Shown piece after piece: positions 48,264-60,923 of a DNA stretch of 64,000 nucleotides. Position numbers and translations under genes: made by a program. The stretch lies in assembly GCA_023920165.1 (NCBI GenBank), contig CP089277.1, positions 3,844,001-3,908,000 on the forward strand. The letters are read 5' to 3'. Position 1 is the stretch's first letter. Each line of letters begins with the position of its first letter. The notes under the pieces were generated by a model. It was given only the letters and a program-made list of their open reading frames with translations, had not been told where the DNA came from and did no database searches. This DNA comes from Curvularia clavata (Eukaryota).

Positions 48264-50100
48264 TCACCGATGCACTACCACCCCCGCCCCCTCCCCCATG
48301 CCCCTAATCTTCGCCTCTACGACCCGCTCCGCAAGTCCCAGATCCGTACAAATCTCATCGAAACAATGCATTCCATCCAGAAACTTCAGTAGTGGAAGAC
48401 CACTTGTATCGCGCTCATCCGTCATCCCACTCTCATGCATCATTATACCATGCGACTCGGGCGCACTCAGATGCTGCTGCTGCTGCTGTTGATGATGCAA
48501 ATGCGGCGTTATCGACGCTATACTAGGTTTATGCAGTGAAAACGACGGATGCGGGTGATGATGCACGCGCTCGTTTCCGCCACGGATAGTCGTTGTATCA
48601 GAGTCGCGGAGGTTAGCTAGGGAGGTGGCGGTGCTTGTTTGCAAGCTAGTTGGGGGCGCAGCGGGGGGCGGCAGAGACCAAGAGGTCGCGATGGCGTATT
48701 TATGCACGCGGTAAAGGAAGCCTTTTATTACGCCGAAGGTGATGAGGCGGCGGACGTCGATGCCAGAGAGGAGACTGAGGTTCTCGAGGACCCAGTTTTT
48801 CAAGGTGAGGCCTTGGCGGAGGGACGTGTAGAGGGTGATGAGGGTTTCGTATGAGGCTTGGTGGGATTTTTCTGAATCTTCTGAGTCTGAGTCTCCTCCT
48901 CCTCTTTTTTGCGAGGCGGCGATGTGAGAGCTGAATTCGGAGATTTTGAGCGTCGAGCCGACGGTGTCGCTGAGCTGGGAGTTTGAGGACGAGATCGAGG
49001 TGCGTCCGTCTTGGCTTAAATCTGCGGAGTCGCTGTCCATCCAGCCAGTCTTTGCGTTGGAACCTAGCTTTATCCTGGGCACCCGGACGTAGCGCATGCA
49101 TTCTTCCTTGACCTCTGCGTCGACGATGAATCCGCCAATCTCTGCAGTGGGTGCGTAGATGGCTCCAAAGCTAAAGATATCCAGCAGCACGAGACATCCG
49201 TAGTACACCAAATGTTGAATCGCTTTTCGTGTCAAGGAGAGATCAGTGTCAGCGAGCTGCGCAATGTGGGCTATTGAGTTGACACCGTTGATATATGGGA
49301 GAATCCGGTTTAGTGTAAGATCCGAAGACACGGGTTGCTGAAGACTTGACAGGGAGATTGTGAGTAGCGGTACTTGATGGGCGAGGATGGGTGGAGGCGG
49401 AGGCCTGGTTGGAAATAGCTTCAGGTTGATTGTGTTTGAGTCGTCTAGCACTTATCAACATATTGTTCTTCTTCATGGACACAAATGACCTACCAATTGG
49501 TATCATGCATTCGGCATAGTTATTCAGATCCTCCAGCACCATCTCACAGAGCGCGTATACCTTACTTCCACCGCCTACTCCGAATCCACCAACGCCATCA
49601 TCTGGGCCCGTCTCTATTGGACCTCCATCATCATCCCACACTCCGACCTCCTCTTTGCTCAGGAAGCCGCCCTGCTCCTCCAGCCCCCTTAGCAGCCGCC
49701 CAAGTTTCCGTGCTACTTCACCGTAGCACGCCCAGTCTCGTTCATTTTCGCCAATCACAATGGCAAAATTGAAGATAAATTCATTCCTACTGTATTTGCC
49801 TTCTCTTATACACACTGGATAGCCGATGACGCGGTGGTGGTTGACACAAAAGGTGAGCAGACGGTCGCAGAACTGCTGTGTGGGTATGAGATACTGTGTT
49901 ACAGAAGAGAATGGGAATAGTGGGGTGGTCAGGGCGGAAGGGAGGGTAGAAGGTATTATGGCCCCTGGAGGGACTTGGTGGAGTACACGATTCCCTGGGA
50001 GCGGTGTTAGCGGATGTCTTCAAACGATCCTGATAGAGGTGGTACCTTTTTCGTGGTGGAAGCGCGTATAGAATATAGCTTTGATTGCGCGCGTCGGCAT
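48264..50100 (-). CDS. NPR2: Nitrogen permease regulator 2 (SEACIT/GATOR1 subunit); exons 50100-50046, 49994-49494, 49444-48264
   Basis: IKAIFYTRFH..G..VLHQVPPG, KYSRNEFIFNF, EDLNNYAECMIPID..NTINLKLFP, IDVRRLITFGVIKGFLYRVHKY, DGMHCFDEIC. Confidence 0.93.
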
Positions 50101-50691
50101 TGCAGGATATAAGCTGCGCTACCCAACTCTACTGTGAACTACATGCTGAAAGTGCGTTGGAGAAGCGCGATGTGGGGAGCGCGCGATGAGCTCCCAGTGG
50201 TCCAGTGGTCTGTGCTTGAACGACTGTTCGTGCCAAGAATCTATCTTTGTTTTCGCTGCATTCCACATTTTACAGAAATCAGTGCCAAAAGCCATGGGAT
50301 GAATCGAGTTTCTATCCCACGTGAATGAGATGTGCCCTTCAAGCTGCTCTAGATCATCCGAGCTAAATAACTGTGTCATAACACGGTTGTCAAAGCGAAT
50401 ATGACTAACCAGACAAGAATATTGTATTGATTATAGCATAGTTTTCATGTACCTGTCGCAAAGCTTCATAAAGACAAAGATAGCTACTCGTCAAGGTATA
50501 TACAGAATTGAAGACGCAAATCCGCCATCTGCAGCAGAAGACAACATGCTGTGACCGATGGATGCGCATAGAGGAAAGAGCGTTGAGGGTATATGGCGAA
50601 AATCGAATAAGATGACCCTCCAAATAACACCCATAGTAGAAGAAATTAGGAAAACATGAAAAAGCCGTGCAGAAGATGATCTGGTCGCTCA

Positions 50692-53207
50692 CTAGGCGTT
50701 GATGATGAGGTTGCGTTGGCTGGGGTCCTCAGGATAGGCTCCGAAAACGAATCGGTACAGCTCGCGCAGCCACTTGAAAGCCTCGCTCTTGCCTAGCCAT
50801 TGGACAGACCGCCCTATCTCAAGTGCGGTCAACCGGCGAAGGGGTTGTGTGTGAATGCCCCTTAGCGTGGGATCCGTCAGAACAAGCTTGCGATAGCTAT
50901 CGAACAACTGGCTTTGCCATTCTTCGGTTCCGAAGCTATTTGAAGGCAGTGCACGAATAAAGTCCGGTAGTGGCATTTGGCGATTGTATCCAGTGTTGAT
51001 AGCGGCCTTGACAATCAGCCCTTTTAGGCGTATCAAGTTGGGGTCCTCTCGGCCAGCAGTGGCAGTTGACGATGTGTGTGCTGAAGCGTCAGAGTAGGTG
51101 GACAGATTGGAAGAAGCAGACGACCAACGATCGTGGGTTCGCGTCATGCCTGCCTCGGGACCAAGAACTAAGATATTGGGAACGTTGGGCTCGTCCGCTG
51201 GAGAGAACTCTTCGCGGTCGTCGAAGATGGTGGTTGGAGTCTCTGGTTGCATTGGGGTTGCCCTCCTTGATTGCATGGCCGAGTGGTACGATTCATTGAC
51301 GCTCGAGGATCTCCCAGACCGCTCTGAGTATGCAGTCTGAGATCGATGTGTCACCGAACCGCGCCCCACCGAAAAGCTCTGCTGACTGGGTCGTGGCGTG
51401 CCACGATCAGGTCGCACTTGGGTCCATCCCTCACGGAACAAGTCGCACAACTCCCAGCAGGCCTGGATGGCGGACCCAAGCAGCTCCTCATCAGCGGGTT
51501 TACCGTCTCGGCTATTTTGACGAAGACTAAACAGCATTTCTGCCAACGACCAGCAAGCGTGCAGTAGCGAATCTGTCTCCTCTGGAAGCGACGTTCGTTG
51601 TTTCATGAGGCGATGGCAAAGGGTCAGATAGAAGTCGAGAGTACGTTCACGGAAGGTTTCGGGCAAAGTGCGGTCGTGTGCATTGTAGAGATGGTTGTTC
51701 AGCTCGAAACTGACGCGGAGTACCGAATCTGCCGCCTCGTCGCCACGTTGGCGCACGTCAAAAAGGGCTTGACAGAAGTCGCGGCAAAGTTCTAATGTAG
51801 GTCGGATCTGGGCTGTGGGGTTCTCTTCTCGACTTTCGTAGAGTTTCTGGCAAAGTCGCCAACACGTTCTCCAAGCATGCTCTTGCATATCGGCGCTTCC
51901 GCCTGCATAGTGAAAGATGCGCGTTCGGTGGTGTTGGCTCAGTTTCGCCAACGAGTTGCATAGCGTCCAGCATTCGTCCAGTGCACTTCGAAGAGCGGCT
52001 ACTTCTTTCTCCGTCTCGTGAATTCCAATGATTGCCTCACCCATGGTCTGCGTGCCGACCGAGGCTGACTCGCCTTCCAGCGACTGCGAAGACTGGCTGT
52101 CGTCCTGGTCGATGACGGAACTTGCAGACGAATCTGTAGCGATTTGATCTTCGTACTCGGCAATGTCTATGCGCGTTAGCTGCTGTCGAGCATGATCAAT
52201 TAGAGTACGTACCAGCGAGGTTCAAGCTCTTTCGGACACTGCGCCGTCTAAGATCATCTTCAGCAAAGTCTTCCCTGGTTTGTGCGCGCGGTGTGCTACG
52301 ATCTGGGGCGACGGAACTTGGCACTGCGGTATCAATTGGAGCGGCAAATGTCGAGGATGAATTCTATGCATGGTTAGGCACGTCAAGTGTACTGAGCTAC
52401 GTGGTGAGCTAACCTTGTCGTCAACGTCGGGCAGCATGTTGGCTTCTGGCGTCGACGGCGATACTATGACGGTGTTATCCGACGTGTTTGCAGTCGACGA
52501 GGCACCAGACGTGCCCGTCCGGCTCTAATACTCACGTCAGCCATGTCGTGTAATTGCAACAACAACCCGCAAAAAAGCAACAAAAGAGGGGGGGGGCCTT
52601 ACAAATTGTTTGAAGCTGTCGGGCGCATGGATGACAGAGGGAGGTGCATCGTCGGAATCTGCCCTGCGTACGGCGGTGTTGAGCTTGTGGGTGAGAGGCT
52701 GCGATACAGATTAGACTGCCGTGTGTATCCCGAGGCTACCCATGACATACCTTTGCCTGGTCGTCCTGGCTCGCGGGGCTCACAATGTCGTCAGTGCCCG
52801 GCGATCTGATGTCGCTCATGCCGTCCTCGCTCGGTGCATTCTCCTGCGCATCGTCCTCAATCTGTAGTGGGGTCAGCCCCGCGTGTGGTCATGTTGGAGC
52901 GCCAGGTCGCGTACCTCTGTGTGGTCGGTATGGCTGGTGCCGTTGCTGTCGACGGGCGAAGGGTCGACGGTTGCTGGGTATGGGCTTGGTGGAGGCTGGA
53001 GATGTTCGGAGGCGTGTCCTGAGGATCTTTGGGCGTCCATTGTTAGCGCGGCACTTTTGGCATCCGCGGTTTAGCGGGGGGATGGCACCTATTTGAGAAG
53101 ACGTGGGCAAAGGTGCCGGGCGAGCTGGGCGAGTCGGTGTAGGGGCTAAAAGCCGACATGGACTTTAGGCCATTTGGTGACGGCATGAGCTGCGTCGCGG
53201 TTGCCAT
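50692..53207 (-). CDS. Hypothetical fungal protein, multi-exon (S/P-rich N-terminus, helical Cys/Trp-rich domain)
   Basis: 450-aa terminal ORF (LDECWTLCNSL, AWRTCWRLCQ, ACWELCDLF). Upstream short exons with GT..CTAAC..AG introns lead back to ATG 53207; 5' exon boundaries not fully resolved. Confidence 0.7.
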
Positions 53208-55831
53208 GCCTCCGAGTGTGAGAGCGCCAGAGTTGGGCAGGATGTGCGCCGCAGTCAGAGAGACGGCGGAGTATCGACGTCAAGTCGAAGAGGGCGAGGC
53301 TGAGCAGCCCAGTCACGAATCAGACGAAAAGGCGCGGCGCAGCGATGTTGGGCGGGCGACAAGAGCGCGAGCGGCGGGTGAGCAAGAGAGGGGACGAGGC
53401 GTATCAAGGCAGGCCAGCTGCAGGAAGAGGCTCAATGTGCTGGGGGTGGGGAGTGGGAGAGAGGGTGGTGGTAGTGGGGGAGTGGTGTTGTTGTTTCAAC
53501 GCGGCGGCGCCTCTGCCTCTGTAGAGAGAAGGAGAGTATCAGCGCAGTCAAGGTGAGCGAGAGTATGTATGTAATGCAAGGTAAAGCAATAGCAGGCGAA
53601 CGCCCTCGACGGGCCATGGCCCGCTTACAGCTGGCCGTTCACGACGCACTCGGCGCAGCAGGCGAATGGGCGTCTGGCGTGGGGCTGGGCTCCCGGCATC
53701 CTCTGCAGCCCTTAAGCGCCCACCTCGATTGCGCCAAAGACACAAAGCTGGATCCTCTAGCTCGTCCGTATCCGCGCCCGGCATGGCGGGAGAACGCCTG
53801 TGGCCTCATGTTGTGGTTGCGTGCCCGGCTGACTCTTCCTAACGTATGGCAATGGAGACGCTCGCAGAGGGGAGGCTGCCTGGTTCCTCGTCCTCAGCAC
53901 CACTCTGCTGCTACTAAGAGCCAGGGCTGGCGGGAGTAAGACGCTAATGCATCCTTTCACAGGCTCTATCATGTGCATCCAGGCTGCTGTGAGGATGCGG
54001 CACAGCAACTCTCTGCCCTCGCTCGTCTGACCGTCGGCCCCATCGCCATCGACGTGGCCGCCTTGCAGCAAATCCATCTCGCCATGTACGTGATACTGCA
54101 CTCGCACACGCACGCCATCCCACGAGCCTCTTCCTCGCGCCAACCCGACGCCTGCAGGATCGCCCTCGGCCGTCCTCTATCCGCTAGTTCCTCTCCAGAT
54201 TCTCCAAACGTCCTGGTCCTGTCCCGCTACCATGTGCTCGGATGTCTCATGGCCCAATCAGCCCGTCTATCCGCCTTCCTCGATACAAAAATCCACCTTT
54301 TTTTGCTTTTCCCAGCCTATCACTAGCATCAGCCATGCCCAGTTCCCTGGCATTTCCCCCTCTCAGACGAAACTCCCTGTTGCTATTTTTTTTTATTACA
54401 CGCACAAACGTCTCTACGATTCAGATGCCCTTGACAATGCAGCTGCTTGCGCCGCTCCCGCGTTTGACATTAGCCGCGCCCAATGCCTGTCACTAAGCGC
54501 CGCAGGACCACAGATTCTCTGTTCGCCCAGCAGAGTCTGCCTCTCTAATCATAGATGTGAGGCGGAGACAACCACCTCAATTGACTCTGTCTCACAGGCA
54601 TCCAAGCCAATTCACCACCAAACTCAATTGCGCCCAATTGTCCATTGTCGGCGACGTCAAAGACAACAAGGTCCATGCGTAGGGCACGAGATGCAACGAT
54701 AGTCTACGCAGCATTCGAAGCCCCACTTGATCTCGACGACGACTCTTTGTAGTCCCAACCGAGCCAGCCCCGCCTTCCCACTACCGGCGCTTATTCCAAT
54801 GGTCTCTTTGGCACACACCCATGGACCAACGCTCACCGGTATTCGAGTTGACATGGCTCGATGCAAGAAAAGACGCGATAGACGACGATAACCCCTTGTA
54901 GCGACTGCCACGCCAGCACCCAATTCACCGTCACCCTGGCTGACCGGGGAGGTGAAGAAATTAGCACAGCAGCTAGTCTTCCATTGTCCACGCATGTCAC
55001 TCAGACTTGAAGTACATAGTATATACGCTAGAATCTTAATCTCACAGCCTGACGGACAGACAAGCCGGCAGCTGGGCAACTGGACAACCAGAAACACCCC
55101 CAACACCTGCCATCCCAACTATCGGCACTTCTGCCCTCTCCAGCCACCAGGTCAAACTACTTTCTCACACACCAACTTCCCCACGGAACCTTGTACTCAT
55201 TCCCCGCCATCCATCCCAACCATTACCAACCAACGCACTAACCCCGTCTGCCGGGTCGCCTGAAAAGCCACACACACACATGACACCCAACATACAGCCA
55301 TAATCCTCCGAGGAAGACATGGGGACGAGGCTTAGCTTCTTACCATTCTTCTACTAGCTAAACAACCAACCCATGGTACAATATACAGGTCAAGCTTGGC
55401 TGTGCCCCGCTGCTGTCAATACTGCCAGAGTATTTTCATCTCATACACACCGTGCCAAACCGTCCCACAAACTTATTTTGCAATGATCTGCCTCGAGGAA
55501 AATAGACAAATGTTTGTATTCGCTCGCTACTTTGACGCTGTAGAAGCCACCACTGTCTCCACATTAAGATACTATATTCAACAAGGCGGGGATAAGAAAG
55601 CAGGACGATTGCCAAGAAACTGGACTGTCGGGCCTAATTTTTCTTCTTCTCTTATTGCACACATATGACCAATTGCTGGTATAATTGGAAAAGACAGAAC
55701 GCTAGCCGAGTGAGATATTGTTCGCCCATTGGAGACCAAAAGCATCTCACACTCGCTTACTCTTCAATCAGACATCTCAACACCATCACGTGAATTTCTC
55801 GACGTTCAACCATTTATATCATTCATTTCAT

Positions 55832-57603
55832 CTACTGCCTCGCCTTTGAAATACTCACCACATTCCTAAGTGTCCCAAACGGCAGCACATCCGCAATTCG
55901 CTTCTTGCTCGCAAAAAGCATGACTAGCCTGTCCAATCCACATCCCCAGCCTCCCGTGGGCGGCATTCCCCATTCCAGCGCTTCGAGATAACTCTCGTCT
56001 ACGGCGCCCTCGCCCTCGGGGTGGAAGTCGCGCTGCTGAATAAACTTTCGGCGCTGCTCAAAAGGCGAGTTTTCTTCTTCGTACGCGTTGACGTACTCGC
56101 GGCCGTGGATGAAGAGCTCAACCCGTGAGGCTACACGCTGGCCCGTTGCTTCGTCTACGTACGACTTGGAGAGCGGGGATAGGGCTTCCGGGTGCTGGGT
56201 AATGAAGGTGGGGTTCTGACATAGAGGCTCAATGTACACTTCGGCCAGTGTATCTAGCAAACGCGGCAACGTTGGGTTTGGGGGGACGTCCAGGCCGACT
56301 TCTTTGAAGAAGTCCAAGACGTCCTTCGAGGCATCAGGAGACGACAGGTTAGGCAGCTTGCGGTCGCTAGCTTCCTCAATCGTAGGGATGAATGGGAGTT
56401 GCGCAAAGGGTTGCGAAAAGTCAATCCCTTCCGGTGCCGCTAGTGTGGGAAAGTACGTTGACCGCAGCGATTCAACGGCAGTATGAAGGCCGTGAATCAA
56501 CTGCTCTGTCCTAGCAATGACGACGGGCAGTGTGGCGCCAACCTCATAGAACTCGCACGTCGAGAACTCTGGATTGTGCGTATTGTCTACACCCTCATTC
56601 CTAAAGGCACGCCCAATTTCGAAAATCTTGTCTTGGCCTCCGATGATCAGACGCTTCAGGTTCAACTCTGGCGCGATGCGCAATCGGATTGGCATATTGG
56701 AAAGCTCATTCGCAACAGTTTCAAAGGGGCGAGCAATGGCGCCTCCAGCGTTGACATCGAACATGGGGGTTTCGACCTCCAAGAATCCGCTTTCGATAAA
56801 GTAGGTACGGACATAGTCGTATATCAGTGCTCGGAGACGAAGAACATCACCAGGTTCATCGCTCGTGAGGGCATGTATGTGGGGACGGCGCGCGAGCGTT
56901 TCAGCATCTTCAATCTTTTCTGGGAGGTGGTGAAGACATGGGGCCAGCATCTGGGGTACCTCGAGGGCGAGCACAGAGAGCTGTCCAGTTGACGTCCTGG
57001 TTGGGTTGCCCTTGATGGCTGCCAGGAGTCAGCATGCACCTCGCACCAGGAGCACAGCGTCACGTACAAATCCAATCACCGATTCTAGCAACCTTTTTAA
57101 AGTCCTTGAAGCTTTGGTCAAGTTCATGGCTAGGAGTGAGCTTCTTCAACTCGAGCATTACTTGGAGTCGCTGAGCGTCGCGCTCGATATCAAGAAACAT
57201 CAACTTGGAGCCCAGCTGCCGCACCGAGCGCACCCTTCCTGCCACTGTCAAAACAGGAACGTTGGCTCAGGGGTAGCAGTTATGTCCTACCAAACACAGA
57301 CACGACATCGGTGCCTGTTTCTGAAATGTCTTGATACTGTGCGTTAAAGTCGCGTATCGACAGGTTATGGGCATTGGCCGCGTAGACGAGCCTTGGATGG
57401 TAGTCACCCAATGGCTTTACTTTTGCCAAGTGCTCCAGCCGCTTCTGTTTCTCGACGTCGTGCGGCCCCGTGTAGGCGTCGGCAGCTACGCTCTGTATGA
57501 AGCGCCTCTGGAGGGCAATGTACGCTTTCGCATGGTGCGGCTTCAGAGAGCGGCTAGCTCCATGGAGGTACGGGCGGAGGAAGTTGAAGCCTGGTTTGCT
57601 CAT
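55832..57603 (-). CDS. MSK1: Mitochondrial lysyl-tRNA synthetase; exons 57603-57290, 57238-57068, 57018-55832
   Basis: Presequence; OB fold (GRV.SVR..GSKL.FLD); FLEVETP, GGAIARPF, LRIAPEL.LKRL, FRNEG...THNPEF, GMPPTGGWGCGLDRL. Confidence 0.93.
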
Positions 57604-59301
57604 GGTTCCTTGAGGTCTTGTCAGTTATGGCGCGCATTGAGTATTGTGGAAAAGAGTCAATGGAGGAGTGTGTTCAGTAAAGGGTATGGTGAAGTCAACC
57701 GCCCCGAAAGGCGTCATTCGCAACGGTTCTAAGGTTGTTTTGGATCATCATGTTGTGTGGTCGAAGTACAGACCGTGTAGGTGCAGCAAGAGAAGATGAG
57801 ATGGTACTAACCTTTGTCACAATCATGCCCCCATCTCTATCGAGACAATGGCGGCATGTAGTGAAGCAAGTGGAAGAGATGGATGGCAGCGACAGAAACT
57901 GCCAAAAGCTCAGACCACCAAGATGCGGAACAGCTCCGGCCCGGGCACGGCAGCCTAGCGTAAGCGAGCACGTGAAGAGCTAAGCTAGGGCCAAGGCCGT
58001 GAGTATATAAACCGCCCTCTCCCCGTCCCCTTTCTGATTCTTCATACTTACCTTCTTGCGACTCACCGGGCTCAAGCATCCGGTGGTCTGACAACGTCGC
58101 CTCCATTGCACAGCGGGGTGTGGTGTTGTCATGAATCTCCTTCGGGGGCTTCAGCGGGGCAATTTTTGCTGGTCTGCCTATTGGCTCTTTTTCATTGATA
58201 CCGTTGCCTTGCGTGGCGGGTTGAGGAAGAAGATGTGTAATTGAACCGTTTGCGGTCCCCTCATTGCTTGAAAGGAAACGTCTTCATGTGTAGTGTTCGC
58301 GTATCCCTGAGTTTACGCTCGCAATCTTGGCTGGGATGGCCATGTTTTGTACAAGGATATTGGGCACTCCATGAGTGGGAACAAAGCTTATGTAGTCGGC
58401 GAAATGGCTCAGCTACAGACGCGTCTACCCAACCCATCTTGGTGTAAATTTCCAAGCCCCCTCTTGTAAATATCTATAGCTCCAAGATCTTTTTTCACCT
58501 ACTCCAACGTTTCCCATCTAGCAATGCGCCGAAGACACGCCTTGTACCTGCATTAGATGGTGTTTTCCATTTCCCGCCTGGCACCCGCGTCTGCGTTACG
58601 TGCATATATAATCCAGATCCTCGATGCACCACGCTTTCACATCCGCGCACCATCATGGTTCTCAGGTGCAAGCATAAAGGTCTCCCAGAGCCCGTGGTTC
58701 TGACTGCAACGTCCATTCCCACGCACAGCTGGGATGCTTTCGCGCTTTCCTCACGCCCATACTAGCTCTGTGGACCTCTCTAGCCACACCACGATTACAA
58801 CACCCTTGAACCATACCCATATCCCATATCCATATGCCGACGATGCCGATGATCAAAGCCTGGCATTCTGGCCATGGCTATCTGCCTACTTCCAACGGCA
58901 ATCCCGAAACACGTGGTGCCCCGCCATGACATCGCCATGACGCGCGAAACAAATTCCCCATCACCAACGCCCATCTGCAGCAGGCACATGGCATCTCCAT
59001 CTCAGCTCACGCTGCGGACCTGTGCCCCTCCATAGCATATCATGACGTTAGGCTAGCCTTTCCCAGCGCATCTACAAGGGGGCGGATAATCTGCTGGTTC
59101 GCGGTAGTTGCGAGAGAGCTGCATGCTCAACGTCACATTTTTGCCAGTATGTCATCGATCTGACGTTGAACAAAGCTGAAAAGGTAGGCCTTCTGCTCAC
59201 ACTGTGCTTGTATATCTCTACCCAACTCCTCTGTCGAGCCTTCAAATCCCCAATTTCATACTTGACACATACATATCTACACCCTATACCAATCGCCCAA
59301 G

Positions 59302-60690
59302 ATGATGTCCCAGGCCGCAATGCAGGCCGAAAAGGCCGTAGGCCACGGCGACAACGCCACTACCGCCCAAGATGTCACCAACCCAGGCAACAAGGAGCAA
59401 TGGGCCGACAACTCGGAAACAATGAAGGCTCTGGCCTGGTTCGGCAAGAACGAGGTCCGCATCGTTGATGCGCCAAAGCCAAAGGTCATCGAGCCTCGCG
59501 ATGTCATCGTCAAGGTCACTGGATCTACCGTCTGTGGCTCAGATCTGCACTTGCTCCACGGCTCTGTCGTCGAAATGCAGAAGGGTGACATCCTCGGCCA
59601 CGAATTTTGTGGTGTCGTAGACGAGTGCGGATCTGCAGTCACCAAGTTCAAGAAGGGGTACGTTTAAATATCCTCTGCTTTTTATGAATGCAAAACTAAC
59701 ATCTGCAGTCAACGAGTTGTTGCCTCTTTCCAGATCGCCTGTGGCGAGTGCTACTACTGCAAGCAGAAGCTCTCTTCTCAATGCGAGAAGACAAACTCCA
59801 ACACAATCGAGAACGCAATGTACGGCGGCCGGACCGCTGGCATGTTTGGTTACTCCCACTTTACTGGTGGCTTTGCGGGTGGTCAGGCAGAGTACACCCG
59901 TGTTCCCTACGGTGATGTGAACCTGCTGCCGCTTCCAGATGACGTCCCAGATGAGCAGGGTCTCTTCCTCTCTGATGTGCTGTGCACATCGTGGCACGCT
60001 GTTGTCGACACCGGCGTCAAACAGGGAGACGTTGTAGCCATCTGGGGTGCTGGCCCGATCGGACAAATGGCCGCAGACTTCTCTCTGCTAAACGGTGCAT
60101 CAAGAGTGATCATGATCGACTCCAACTGGCGTCTCGACTACATCAAGAACAAGTACCCCAACATCGACACTCTAGACTTCTCTGCTCTGTCCAAGGGAGA
60201 GTCCGTCACTAGCAAGCTCAAGGAGATGTGCAACAACCGCGGTCCTGATGTCAGCATCGAATGCGCTGCCGGAGAGTATGCAAAGGGCTGGGCACACTAC
60301 TTTGAGATGATGCTCGGCCTCGAGACCGACACCAGCGAGATTGTCAACGAGATGATCACCAGCACACGCAACATGGGCCGCTGCGGTATCACCGGTGTAT
60401 ACGTTGGCTTCACCAATCACTTCAATATTGGCTCGCTCATGGAGCGCGGTATCCGCCTCATTGGCAACGGCCAAGCACCCGTGCACATGTACTGGGAGTC
60501 GCTCCTCAAGATGATCCAGGAGAAGCGTATCGACCCGTCTAAGATGGTAAGCCACCGCGTCCGCCTGGAGGACTTGGACAAGGTCTACTACAAGTTTGAG
60601 AAGAAGGAAGATGGCATGCAAAAGGTCTTTGTTGAGACAAAATGGAGTTTCCCGGCCTCTCAATGCAGCCCCGAACTGACCAAGTACTAA
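59302..60690 (+). CDS. Zn-dependent medium-chain dehydrogenase (formaldehyde dehydrogenase-like subfamily); intron 59658-59708
   Basis: CGSDLH, GHEF, structural-Zn motif CGECYYC...C, FGYSHFTGGFAGGQAEY, GAGPIG. Confidence 0.92.
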
Positions 60691-60923
60691 TTCGTAATGG
60701 AGACGGAAAATGGCATGTAGCTTAGTGATACCAATGAGAATGAACATTAACGACTGTAAATGACAAGGCATTGCTTCTGAATACTAGCTTGATTTTTCTA
60801 CTTGACTATCTTTTTGTCAAAAATTATAAGCGTTGTAAATCCGTCACTACCGTGTGATATGACATAGTGGAAAGACATACCGCACTCACCGCTCGTTCCC
60901 AATTCCCCTGAGGCCAGGTAGTC

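Noticed and set aside
34319..57603. Two mitochondrial aminoacyl-tRNA synthetases (MST1, MSK1) within about 23 kb
   Set aside because: Separated by unrelated genes; no evidence of functional clustering.
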